DNA from: Saprolegnia diclina VS20
Lineage: Eukaryota
Assembly (NCBI RefSeq): GCF_000281045.1
Contig: NW_008246077.1
Span: forward strand, 124,654 to 188,653
Length of the DNA: 64,000 nt
Direction of reading: 5' to 3'
Shown: piece after piece, positions 12,106 to 27,255 of the stretch
Layout of the letters: each line of letters opens with the position of its first letter
Numbering within the stretch: the stretch's first letter is position 1
Made by a program: the position numbers and the translations under genes
The notes under the pieces: generated by a model
What the model was told of the DNA's origin: nothing
Seen by the model: the letters and a program-made list of their open reading frames with translations, nothing else
The model's database searches: none

Positions 12106-13035
12106 ATGTCCAAGACGGCGATTATGGCGATGACGCTGGTGCAAACGGCGGTCGCGATCGACTACCTCGGCGGCTGGGTCGAGCCCGCACACCAGCAGTG
12201 CGTGGACATTTGCAAGAACTCCAAGGCGGCGCCGGGCTGCTTTGGCCCGCCCAGCGATGCGTGCTATCAGAAGCTCCAGCGCCCCGGTGACTTTGACTAC
12301 CTCCTCTTCGACCAGATCTACCAGCCGCAGTTCTGCCGCGATCTTCTCAACGGTGTCGACTCGACCATCACGCACCAGAACGTCAACAAGTACCCGGTCG
12401 GCATCAACTGCCACAAGGTTGACGTCAAGAGCGAACTCATGATCCACGGTCTCTGGCCCAACTATGTGAACGGGTACCCGGGCTGCTGCAACGTCTCGGA
12501 CACGATCGTGAACCGCCCGTTTGACGCGTCCAAGTTTGCGACCAAGTACCCCAAGCTCTTTGCCGATATGGCGTCCGTGTGGGTCGACCCCGCGATCGGC
12601 AACTCGACCGAGCAGCTCTGCCAGGGCTACAACCACGAGTTCCAGAAGCACGGCATCTGCTTTGGCGCGTTCGGCGACGACTACGACCTCGCCTCCAAGC
12701 AGTACTTTGAGGCTACGTTGGACGTCAACACGCGCCTTGTCAAGCAGACCAAGCAGATCGCCGACTGGGCCGCGACGCCCGAGAAGAAGACGACGATCGC
12801 GGACATTGCGGCCTTGTACCCGAAGAACGTCAACATTTTGTGCTCCAAGGTCGCTGGCGAGACGCCCAACCGCCTCGTCGCCATCCGCACGTGCTTCGCC
12901 AAGGCCAAGGACAACTGCGACAGCGACAAGCTCCTCCTCGCGGGTGACTTTATGGACTGCTTTGGCAACGTCACGACAACGTGCGATGCGACCAAGCCCA
13001 TCGATTTGGCCGCGTACGTCAAGCCGTCCCCGTAA
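12106..13035 (+). CDS. Secreted ribonuclease T2-family protein (single exon)
   Basis: Hydrophobic N-terminus, CAS I LMIHGLWPNY and CAS II YNHEFQKHGIC with the catalytic His/Glu/Lys/His retained, and many Cys. Confidence 0.93.
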   Translation: MSKTAIMAMTLVQTAVAIDYLGGWVEPAHQQCVDICKNSKAAPGCFGPPSDACYQKLQRPGDFDYLLFDQIYQPQFCRDLLNGVDSTITHQNVNKYPVGINCHKVDVKSELMIHGLWPNYVNGYPGCCNVSDTIVNRPFDASKFATKYPKLFADMASVWVDPAIGNSTEQLCQGYNHEFQKHGICFGAFGDDYDLASKQYFEATLDVNTRLVKQTKQIADWAATPEKKTTIADIAALYPKNVNILCSKVAGETPNRLVAIRTCFAKAKDNCDSDKLLLAGDFMDCFGNVTTTCDATKPIDLAAYVKPSP

Positions 13036-13325
13036 CTCAATCCAACGGCTCTAGCCTCGACGTTGAGATATGTATTTCAAACTACACCACACGTCCAGAG
13101 CTACACGACCTATTTGATCTACCCACAGTGTACTACGGTCGCGAGGTCCGTACTCCGTGCTCTTCACAGTAGGTCGTATTGGCGGTTGACGACGCCAGCA
13201 ATCGCAAATACTGCAACGCCCGAAGACCTCTATGGTGATGGCGCGTACTTTCTGTGGTCCTGAATCGTGCAGCTATCTTTGGGGCAAGCGTTTTCCCGTT
13301 GCTTCTCTCCTATTTCGATCGAGCG

Positions 13326-16305
<2,980 letters not shown>

Positions 16306-16632
16306 AATCTGTTTGTCTACCTCTACATACACAATGACGATGCATGCAATGATCGATAACAGTGTATTACTCACTGCTTCCAGTGCAGGCATTGGCGTCG
16401 AGAGGCGTTATATGGGCTCATATTACGCAGTGTCCTCGCAGTGTCGGGTAGTAGGGTGGGCAGAAGCAAGTGTGAGCACTTCCTCTGTACAACGTCGCTA
16501 CGTAAAGTTGCATAGCAGCCATCGCAGAAATCAACCAAATTGATACTGGTTTGGTAGTTTAGTCAAGCGATTGGCAGCTCTAAACAGTAAGTGCATTTTG
16601 CACAGGATATATTCGAATGAGCTCAAGTGACA

Positions 16633-17586
16633 CTAGTACAACGCCACAAAGTAGAATACGACGATCCACACTAAGCTTGTGATCGCATCGCGATGGGCGC
16701 TGGGGCTCGCTGCTGTGGCCAGCAAAAGGAGCGAGTCGTCCACATCCAAGCACGTCCCGTTCGCTGCGTCGACGATCTCGACGGGGTACTTTTCGTAAAA
16801 GACGGGTTTGGCGGCGCCATTGTCGTTGAGGAAAAGGAAGGCCGAGCTGCACGTGTTCTCAACCGCATCGCACGGGGCGTTGGCAAAGCCACTCGGAACG
16901 TCCGTGGCGACGCACGGCGTAGGCTGGCAGTAGAAGGTCTGCGTCATGGCGCTCTGGCACACATACGCGCCGGTCGAGCATGTCGACCAAGTCTGCGATG
17001 TCGCCTACAAACCGCTTCCTTCCTCTGCTGCACGAGGCGCTACGTACGGGGTTGTTGGGCGAGCACACCGAGCCGCGGTATGCCAGCTGGTTCAAGCCGC
17101 ACGAATCAAAGTTGGCGGGCGCGGCAAGGGCCGCGAGCCGACTGCACACTTTAAATGTCTTTGGTGTCGTAAAGAACGAAGCACTGATGGGTGGGGAGAG
17201 AAACTGTGGGGAAAATGGATTGCAGGCTGCGCACATGACGCGGGCGAGGCTCGTCTTGGCGGGGTTCAGCGTCTCAGCGCAAGTTGCGCCTGTTTATAGA
17301 TGACATCGATGGGACCTTAGCACGTGGATATACCTGCCGAGATGAGCTGTAAGAACTGGGTTAGGATAGCTTGGTCGTGCGCGGGAAGGCAGCATCGGGC
17401 CTGCGTGAACGGGCAAAACGACAGCGGGTACCGTGCTGACGTCTATAGACGCCACGTATTTCAAGGACATTCATTTGGCCACTGGCATCGTACCAATGCT
17501 GCACTCATTCCGCTGGCCAAGCACATAGTAGCGTCTGCCGACGCAAGGAGGAGACACACGACGCCAAGCATCCGGGCGATGTCCAT
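16633..17586 (-). CDS. Secreted/membrane-anchored Cys-rich protein, folate-receptor (Folate_rec)-like domain, multi-exon
   Basis: Spliced by eye: signal peptide MDIARMLGVVCLLLASADA, then LSFCPFTQARCCLPAHD...CAETL...LARVMCAACNP (folate-receptor-type Cys spacing), and a hydrophobic C-terminus ITSLVWIVVFYFVALY. Confidence 0.6.
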
Positions 17587-18649
17587 GGTCGCTGCGACGC
17601 GTCGGTTTCGACCTGTGAAAAAGGCGGGCTTTTCCTCGTGTCTTTATCCGGTCAAATGCAATTTCGGGAAGTTTCGCGGTTCCAAAAGCACAGGCACGTA
17701 CAGTATGTACACATAAGCTCGACGACATCAATACTTGAATACACGGTGGGCTGGGCACGCGGACGTCACAGACGCACAGCAGAATGTAAGCTGTATTTGA
17801 GTCCATAAAGTAGCTCAAAGCTTATGTCATCCTCCCAACGAACACAACATAGTCTAGTTTAGTATTGTCTATTTATACAGAAGACCCACTTGTACAACAG
17901 CAGCGCGCGGTAGCTCCTTGTGTCATCTCCACGTCGCTCCGACGGGGTGATCATCATCCATGCTAGAACCCCCTTTCACCAACCGAAACCTATGGGTCAT
18001 CAACGGAAACACCCCAGTGTTACCTCCCGTCTTTTGAGGCTCTAAATCCCTGGAAAATGTGTCGTAGTATTACATAGCTATTTAGTTTCAATTCGTATTT
18101 TACGACACAGAACACATGCGAGTACTAGTAGTAGCGGGGTGTTGAGGGTGGCGAGATCATACCTTTGTGCCATTGGGTCCGTTCGAGCGAGGTTAATGCA
18201 ACGGCCACACCATCAACGCGCGCCCGTCACGAGGATAAAGCTGCTAGTGTATCCGCGTCGTCCACGGAAGGGTGTGCAGCCAACCACCGACAAAGGTCTT
18301 GTCAGCCGGCGTCAATCGCGGAACGTTTTGCATTGGGAGTCGCATGGTCAGAAAAAGTTGCGCTGACTTGGCCTTCATGTCGTACCGCATCGTAAACCCG
18401 GCAGCTTCCTATGCGTGGACGGGTCGTCTACTAGCGACGGACGCGGTGCAACAGCGTCGTGGTTCGGGAGATGAGGATAACGCGAGGCAATGTCTTGGGC
18501 ATAGGAGAAGGCCCTGGCGGGCAGCCGCCATTGACCAAGGTTGCGTACAGATATGTATCATCTACCCATGTCGATGTGAAGACACAATGGCAAACCGTAG
18601 CTCACAACACAAACGTCTCCTGGGCGGCGGTGGATGCAGTTTCGTTGAT

Positions 18650-19520
18650 GCAAACGACGAACGGGATGCCATGGGTGAAGAACTCACATTTTCGCACGCA
18701 AAAGTCGTGCTGCAGGACGTCCGTCTCGACGCGAGCACCGCGACACTGCACCGGCTTACTTCGGTGCTCGCGAGGGACTGCACTGTCGTGCACGTTTCCT
18801 CCTACGCGACACCCGATGGCCTGGTCATCGACGACGACATTCGCTCCGCTGGTGATGCTCACCGAGTGGCTTCCGAGCACCAAGATGCAACTTGTTGTTC
18901 TCACGTGGTACGTGGTGCTCGCCTCCTGCAGGTCGATATGTCCCTGAGACGAACACGACGTGAGAACCCTCTCTTGAAGGCCACGCATGGGTTTCCGGAC
19001 ATGGTCGGACAAACGGCAACGAGCGTCCGCAAGAATTTGAACGGAAGTCCCGACGAGGTGTGGCAGAGTCTCAACATGGAGTCTCCACAGCCCAACACGA
19101 GCGCTACACAGTAGTAATTTTGCGTTATGTTTGACAAGGAAATTGTGTGCCAGTGGGAGCACTTTTCGTTGGTCTTTGCGTCAACAGCAAACTCGATGGT
19201 GACAAAAGCTGTGCTGCAGGACTTCCGGGTCGACGCTAACCCTGCGTCGTTGCGGCTATGTCTACCTAGCTTCGCTACAAACAACAGCCTCGTCGTGGGC
19301 CCCTTTGGCACAGCGACATTCGGCCTGCTGGTGATGCTTGCAAAGTGGCTTCCAAGCACCAAGATGCGGCTCGTCATTCACGTGGTGCTCGTCTCTTGCC
19401 GCAGGCTCATCCATACCAATGTGTCTTGCACCAATGATTATTTGTGTAGACGGTGTCGTGCAGCACCCAGTTGTCGCTTGCATCGAGGAGACTGCATCCA
19501 GTACAACTTTGAAGCACGTT
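18650..19520 (+). pseudogene. Two tandem degenerate fragments resembling a CHAT (caspase-like) domain
   Basis: Diverged direct repeat (~18694-18932 vs ~19197-19405) with frame disruptions. Translated pieces ERDAM..DVRLDASTATLHRLTSVLARDCTVVHVSSYATPDGLVIDD / LQLVVL / GVVQHPVVAC echo CHAT segments but lack the catalytic HG and AC. Confidence 0.4.
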
Positions 19521-19824
19521 CTACATGTGCTGCTTGGTTGCGTTTTGAAAAAGCAAAGCGTCTGAAACGCCCGGCGGGAAAAGCTGCGGGCAACGAGACA
19601 GTATGACCGAGCAGCGACCACAGTTCTTTACGGTGCTGCCGTCGGCGCAAACTCCCCTGCGTGTCATAAACGGCACGCGCTTACCTGCGGTCGCCACGCC
19701 AACGTCCCCGCTGTAAAACATTCCGCGTCGCTTAGCACTAACACACTCAAAATCTTTATGATCTAGGCCAGGCATGACACGGTGGTATCACCGGCGGTCC
19801 GCCAAGCAGCTGAGTCCGGCAGCC

Positions 19825-22800
19825 ATGGCGCGATTTGCTCAGAAACCGCCCAGCACGCCAAAGCGCAGGCCAACGATATTGCGAAAGCCGCCCGCCCCAA
19901 TCGCGTCGTCGATCGTCGCCGAGACATTCCAAGTGAACGAGAAGCACGTCGTGTTGCCCCTCCCTCTCATGCGGCTCGCGACCCAGGACGCCATTTTGGA
20001 CTTTCTCATCAAACCCGTCTCTCTCGCACGTCAAGTGTTCTCACTTATCGCGTGTGGGCTGTAGATGGCACCGGCCCCTCCGACCAAAGAGCGAGCGATG
20101 GACGTGACGTTTCTCGAAGACAGCGACGATATCGACGTTCAGGCGCCAACGCCCGAGCCCGACTTGGCGTCGGCGCCACCGCTCGACATCATCTCACTCT
20201 CGCACTTGCTCGCACCACCGCGGTTTGCTGCGCCGCCAGCGTTCAATGAGGCAACACTGCTCAAGCGTCGGGATGGGGCGGCTGGGATGGAGCTTCTCGG
20301 TACGGACGACGATGACGGTGCCGACGTCGTTTTCTTGGACGACGAGCTCATCGAGGCCAAGCGCACCGAGTTGCAGATGCCACCGCTGTACGGCGACGAC
20401 GTCGACAAGAGCCTCGTCCTTCGAGTGCTCAACCGATCGCGCATTCTCAAAAAATACCTCGACCCAACAACAATGCAGCGGCAAATGAACGGCGTTCGGC
20501 GGCGCGTCACCTCGGTCGCCGCGTCGTCGCCGGTTGTTGAGAAGTTCAACGCTGCCAAGACGGTAGACGGATCGTATCCACGTCCGTGGACTTCGGGCGG
20601 CGGTGACGGCAATGAGGTTCCGCCGCGCAGCAGCGACGACTTGGACGCATTTGAGAACCAGCTCGACGACGACTACGACGATGAAGAGACGACGCCAGGT
20701 GATGACAATGTCATCGGAGATGGTGGCTCTGGCCGGCAAACCTCCTCCTCAAAACGATCACGTCGTCAGTCGAGCAACGTTGCAGTCGCTGGTGGCCTTG
20801 CCGATGCCGTCGCCAGCGTCATGCAGGTGGCGCCGAGTAAGCTCGCCTCCGCCCTCGAGCCCAAAGAAATGGATGCGGGCGCAATCTTGGCGCTCGACGC
20901 CACGTCATTGACGCCTCCGGACGGCGATATTGCGCCTGTTTCGATGAGCATCGCCCAAAAGCAGCGCGACAAGGCCGCAGCGCGCACCACGACGTCCAGT
21001 GTCGTCGCAGAAATGGACGAAGTCGACTTGACGTCGCCGACGCCGGCCAGTCCTCGGCGGCGTACCGATGCAAAAAAGAAAGCCAAGCTGCCGGGTGGCT
21101 CAAGTTCCGACTCGGGCGTCGAGTCGTCGCTCGAAGCCATGTACGAAGCCGCGCTGCGCGCCGAGCGGGCGCGTGAATGGCGTCAGGCCACGCTACTTGC
21201 GTGCGCGTGCATCAACATGGACAAGGAGTGCGTCGAAGCCATCTTCTTGCGGGCGCGGCTCTGTCGACGCCTTGGTCTTTGGTACGCATACCTGCTTTGT
21301 GAGTTGCGTGCTGAGACATGGCCATCGTAGGTCCCAGGCACTCAAAGATCTCACCTCGGTACGCGCGTCGATCGTGCTACGATCCCAGAGGCCTTGTGGT
21401 TCTAGGCGCTGCGCATTTGTCCCAGCAACCATCGCCTGCACTTGCAGCGAGCGCATATTCATATTCAGCTCCAGGATTTTCACGCTGCTATCAACGACCT
21501 GACGTCGGTCCTTTCGCAGCACCCAACATCGGCCGAGGCACTCCTTCTCCGATCGCAGATCTACACCAAGCAAAACAGCCTCGCCTTTGCCATCAAGGTG
21601 ACGCCATTTTTGGTAGAAATTTTTCGATCCAACGAATCGCAGGATTTGACGACAATTGTCAAATTTGACCCGAAAAACTGGCGCGCCTACTACGAACGCG
21701 GGCATCTCCGGCACCAGCTCATGGAAGGTCTCGTGCACGAAAAGGACATTGACACTGAGAGTCAAATGTACACACCTCATACAGCGTCCCCAACGCCAAT
21801 GTCCAAATGTAGTGCATCACCACAGCTCATGCTGCACGTGCTCGACGACTACCTCAGCGCCCTCCGTGCCGGCTGCACGCTGCCCGAAGTCGTCGAGGCC
21901 ATTGGCGACGTGTGTCTTCGCCTGGTCGCCGCCTCACGGGATGCCAAACCGCTTTTGCACACGATCCACTCACTCTCGGGTCTCGTGGCGCTCATCGACG
22001 ACGCTGACGCGCGCACCAACCTCCGCGCCCGCGGCGCTAAATTGCGCGACGGGCCCGTCGGGCTCCTCGCAGTGCTCTTGGCGCAGCGCGGCCGGCTCCA
22101 GACACTGGTGCGCGTCTTCTATTCTAATGCATACAAATATCAAGGTTATGACGTGGCAGATTGGAGAGCACGCCAAGGCCGCCGCCGATCTGGACCGTGC
22201 AGTCGTGCTCGACTACCATTACGCGCCGGCGCACTTTTACCGCGGCGCCCTCGCGAGCTTGTATGCGCACGACGAAGCCGCCCGCAAGGTCGTCGAGACG
22301 CACCTCTCGCGCAGCGTGTCACTGGACCCGACGATCACGGGCGCGTACATTGTGCGCGGCGGCGTCTTCGCCTTGGATCTACGCTACACGAGCGCGCTCC
22401 AGGACTTCAAGGCCGCTGTGTCGATTGACCCGACGTTGGACTCGATCTGGGTTCAAATGGGCGTCATCTTCTTGTCGCACTACCACGACTGCGCCGCCTG
22501 CGTGAGTGTGTGCACAACCGCACTCACCAACGACCGCAGCCTCGAACAAGCGCTCTATTTGCGTGCCGAGTCGTATGCGCGGCAAGGCCGTACCGGCGCT
22601 GCGGTGCGTCCACCACCCAGTGGATACATTTTCTGATGTGCAACATGGTAGCTGCGCGACTATGTGCGGCTGGTTCAGACCAACCCGACCGACGCGTTTG
22701 CGCACTTGCTGCAAGGCAAACTGCTGCTGCAGCTCGGCCACGGCCGTCCGGCCTTGTACGCCTACATGTCGTTCATGGAGCTCTCCGAACACGGCGTCGA

Positions 22801-25250
22801 TCGCATCTCGCGTGGCATCGCATACCGCGTCCTCTCACAGCACGCAAAAGCTGTGCGTGAGTTCAAGCTGGCGGTCGAGGACCACCCGTCGTCCGAGAAT
22901 CTGTACTTGCTCTCTGAGGCGCTGCATTCGATGGGCGATACCGAGGCGGCGCTCGAGGTCATTGAGCGCGCGATCGCAACCGAGCCGCAGTGCGCGAGAA
23001 ACTACCTCCGGCGCGCGCAGTGCTACCTTGGCCGCGGCGCCCTCAAGGTACCAACACCCTACGAGTGGAACGCACCAAGTCTTCATACGCGTGTTTAGTC
23101 GGCCATCATCGAGTACGACTTTGCGCAGACACTCACGGAAAAGGCAGAGCTGCCGCGCTTGCTCTACGAGCGCGCCATGTGCCGCATGCAGCTTCTCGTC
23201 AAGTGCTGGCACCAGCTCGAGTGTCTTCACGCCAAAACGCATGTCGAGTGCAAAATGGAAAGCAATTTCAAACCCGGGACGCCGCTGCCGGAGACGCTAT
23301 CCCAGGGCGACATGACTGTGCCCGCGCTCACGAGCTACATCAAGACACTCTACAACGAGACTCTCGCGGACTTTGCCAAGTGCCTCAAGCTCAGTGCGCC
23401 CACGCCGCTGGTCGATGCGCTCGTCGACCGTGCCGAGCTCTACGCGCTGGGCGGCGACTTTAGCGCCGCATACGCCGACCTCGATGCGGCACTACTCGCG
23501 CAGCCCGGGGACGTCCGCGCGTATATCAACTGGGGCATCCTCGACAGTCGCCTGGCGCGTCGGGCCTCGAGCATCGTGCAATACGACCTCGTACGTCGGC
23601 ATTTCGCAATGAGGTTCGGCTCCTATGGCGTGGCGTAGGCGCTGCAGCACCAACCGAACCACGCGCTGGCTTACTACAACCGTGGCGTGGCGTACCATCA
23701 TTTGTGTGTGCACGCCCAAGCCGAGGCCGACTACACCAAGGCCATCGTGCTGGACCCAACGCTTTTAGATGCGGTGCGGAACCGGGGGATTGCGCGCTGC
23801 CACTTGTCGGACTTTGCGGGCGGTGAGGTTTGCGTGTAATTTCGTAAATTATCTGAGTGTGCAATTCTGTACTAGCAACGACAGACTTTGAACAAGTGCA
23901 TCGGAGTGCCCCGGACGACCTCGAGCTCTACCTTGGGTTAGGCTACGTCTACCTCAAGACGGGTCGGTTCCACGATGCGATCGGACTCTTCCGGGCGTCG
24001 GCGAGCGTCAACCCGCGGGGTCTGGATGCCTTCTTGGACGCTGGCAACACGTTCTTGACCATGGCACTCTTCTTGAGCGAGACCTCCAACCCTCTCAATG
24101 CGCTGCACTCGTCGAGCGCCAAGACAGATACGTTCCGGTCGCTTCTGCACCAAGCGCTCCACTGCTACCAGCGCGCCGTGCGGCTGGACCCAACGAGCGT
24201 CGACTGCCGTCTAAATTTGGCCGCGCTCTTCCGCGCGCTTCGGGACATGCCCAATGCGGTGCGCCAGTACGCCATGGTGCAGGGCCTCGACCCGCAAAAC
24301 CACGTCTTCCACGAAGAAAACGCCATCATGCTCGCAGACGCGGGCCAGTACGACGACGCGATGAAGCACTGGAACGACGCGATCCGGCTCACGATTTCGA
24401 CCAACAGCATCATTGAAATGGAGTATACGATCATCGCCAACACGCCGTACATGGAGCGGCGGCCGTCAAAGTCGGACGTCGTCGACGACCCGGACGGCAA
24501 CTACCTGCGTACGTCCACGTGATTGCTTTGGACGGGTGCCGAGTATGCTATATTGTAGTGGACCGACTCTTGGCGCAGAAGGCCGAGGCAGTCAAGTCGA
24601 TGCTGCAAAGCCGGTGGCGTACGATCGAGTCCCCCGCGGCCGCGACCTCGATCACCGGACTCAAGAAGAAGCTCGCCGTGCAGCTCACGGAGCGCGGAAA
24701 GGCGTACGAGCGCCTTGGCTTGCTGGACAAGGCGCGTCTCGAGTACCTCTACGCGTCCTATTTTGACCCGTTGGCGTACGCCGTGTACTTTCAAATGGTG
24801 CGATTAAATCGTACATTTTGTCAATGAATTCACACACTTTGCGTATCGTAGGGGACACTCGCGCTGCGAGAACGACGCACCGACGATGCGGTGCGGCACT
24901 TTGACCAAGCCATTGCACTGCATCCAAAACTCGGACTCGCGCACTTGAATCTCGCAATGGCCCATTTGCAAACGAAAAACGTTGTGGCGGCAAAAGCGGC
25001 GCTGGAAACCGCGGCCGAGCTCATGCCCGAGTGCGGGTTTGTGTGGGCGAACCTCGCGTGCGCGCACTTGCAACTGGATAACGACCGCCGAGGCGCAGTC
25101 GATCGGCTGTCGTCAGCGCTTAAGTGCATGCCGACGTTCGCGCCCTTCTATGTCGCCCGCGGGCGCGTGCTCACCAAACTCAAACTGCTCCACGATGCGA
25201 TGGTGGACTTTGCTGCCGCGCTTCAAATGGGCTACAAGGCGCCACTGTAG
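19825..25250 (+). CDS. Very large tetratricopeptide-repeat protein (TTC6-like architecture), many exons
   Basis: Low-complexity N-terminus followed by numerous TPR units (e.g. AINDLTSVLSQHPTSAEALLLRSQIY, ALAYYNRGVAYH...DYTKAIVLDP, FDQAIALHPKLGLAHLNLA). Stop TAG at 25248-25250. Confidence 0.85.
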
Positions 25251-25575
25251 CTTCTGCAGTCTATGGGTTTGACATGCCGTGAGAATTAGCAAGGGTCAAG
25301 GAGTAGCTAACGACTATCTTCGTGATGGCCGCATACAGAGATGTGCTCGGTGGTACTCATCGGTCCCTTACATATGCAGAGCTGGATAAACACTTGACAG
25401 CTACCGAAGCGCCGAGAGTGTTCGCTGCGCCTGGCAGCTGCAAGTAGCTTATGGGTTGCGTGCGTCTTGATTCGGCCGCATCATACCGGGGTGGCAGTAA
25501 CGCAAACCCTAGCGCGTGCGTGCTCTTTCAACACCAGTGGACAAGACGAAAGATTCGTGCATAAAATAAAGAAGC

Positions 25576-26608
25576 CTACGCCTTGGCATCGGCGATAACG
25601 CGGTGGACGTGGAGGGTTGGCTCGTGCGTCTCGAGGTACGTCGACACGAGACGGCTGATCGAGTCGTAACTCATAAAGATAATGCCTTGGCCGGGAATGA
25701 CGCGGCCAAGACGAGGGATTGTGCCAGCGTAAAAGCCTTTCAAACCTTCGGTTCGGGCAATGTGCTTGGCGCAATCCCACGTGCTCGCGTACTGCGTGCC
25801 GTGCAGCCCTTGCATCTTGGTCTTGAGCACATCAAAAGCTACAGGATGCCATGAGTCAACGCGTCGGAAGGGAAGTGGCACGTACGGTTGTTGCCAAAGG
25901 TGCTGAAGATACCGGCCGACATGCCGCCGACCATGCTTACGGCGGCCAACTTGGCCTCCGAAAGCTCGCTGTACACGACGCCGTGACGCTCGAGGAGGCC
26001 GGGAACGCGCACTTTGTACTCCGAAAACCACATGAATCGGAGACCTTGGTTACTCGCCTGGGATAGCAATGTCAATTTGGTACAGAAAGCGCGAGCGAAC
26101 ATACCTGCTTCAAGATCGTGGCTGTGAGACCTTGGTAGAGGCCGCGCGCGCCTTCTTCGGCGAGAATGCGGCGCACGCCGTGGAGCATCCCGGCGTTGGC
26201 GTCAATGAGTTTGGTCTTGAGAGTCTCGATCGGTGTCGTGGCCACCGTCGCTTCGATCGCGCCTGCGAGCATGCCCGCGGCGAGGTTCCCGAGCGCACTC
26301 GTGGTGCCGTTGACGTCAGCAAACTGTCGCTTGAGGTAGTCGTACGCGCCAAAGCGGATGCCAGACTTGGGCAGCGACCCGACGACGACGGGCAAGAGGC
26401 CGCGGTAGAGCGACCCAACGCCGTCGGTTGCAACATGGTACCGGAATCCGCCGAGCATGTTGGTGTAATGCAACTTCATCGTGCCGAGCTGCAAATTGGT
26501 CTTGATCATCTCCATGGGCCACGTAGCAGTCGTCTCGATACCGCCAGCGATGGCGCCGGCCACGACGGCGACCATCGGATTCGTCGACTTGGTGGTGGTG
26601 GTGGTCAT
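25576..26608 (-). CDS. Mitochondrial carrier (SLC25), citrate/tricarboxylate transporter-like
   Basis: Three PX[DE]XXK repeats (WPMEMIKTNLQL, TPIETLKTKLI, PFDVLKTKMQG) plus GSLPKSGIRF, KQASNQGLRF and PRLGRV, as in CTP1/SLC25A1-type carriers. Confidence 0.9.
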
Positions 26609-26614
26609 GTGAAT

Positions 26615-26630
26615 GGAAATGGAAGAATGA
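26615..26630 (-). promoter_or_regulatory. INR/FPR core promoter element of the carrier gene
   Basis: Minus-strand TCATTCTTCCATTTCC just upstream of the ATG at 26608. Confidence 0.55.
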
Positions 26631-26911
26631 CCAACTTCAAGCGTCGTCTTCAACGCATACATCCCGTTGCGCATGCGACGAACCTCGCACCACAAGATCT
26701 TCCGCGTGCGTTCAAATGGCCCAATGGCCTTGCGCGGAATATAATCGAAGGCCGTCATAGCCAATCAGCGCGCGTGATGTCGAAACAAATCGCTCGCGTG
26801 GTACGACGCACCCGGATTGGTCCAAATGTGGATACATTCGACAGAAGCAGCCAATGAGACGCTGCCAAGTCCGTGTTGCGTTGACGGCAAGATCCACAAG
26901 GAAGCGGCGCG

Positions 26912-27207
26912 ATGAGCGAACTGGTGGCCACCGACTGGGCGCGCCGGGCCGACCTCGCGGCCATCGAGCTCGCGATGCTGCGGCTCGTGGACGGACTCGA
27001 CCGCTTTGGTGCGCGCTGAGCCGCGACGCCGCTCACCCTGCGTAGGCGCTGACGCCCGCGACAAGCTCGCGTTGTTGAACCAGAAGCTCGGCGTCCTCGA
27101 GCGTAGCGTCAAGTGGGACACGACGCCGCATCTCTTCAGGGCGTGACATGGGCGTGGCTAGGTACATGGAGCAGAGCCTGCGCGGAGACCCGCCGATGGC
27201 CTACTAG
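26912..27207 (+). CDS. BRK1: BRICK1/HSPC300, SCAR/WAVE complex subunit (3 exons; not in the ORF track)
   Basis: Splicing two GT-AG introns gives MSELVATDWARRADLAAIELAMLRLVDGLDRFGADARDKLALLNQKLGVLERSVKYMEQSLRGDPPMAY*, matching the BRK1 pattern DW..R...F....R.KLA.LN.KL..LER...Y.E. Confidence 0.85.
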
Positions 27208-27255
27208 AGGCCGCAAATACACACACGAATCCTATGCTTTATATACAATACGTTC

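Noticed and set aside
18650..25250. CHAT relic + TPR gene as a functional TPR-CHAT protease system
   Set aside because: The CHAT-like pieces are frameshifted and lack catalytic residues, and I see no splice path into the TPR gene.
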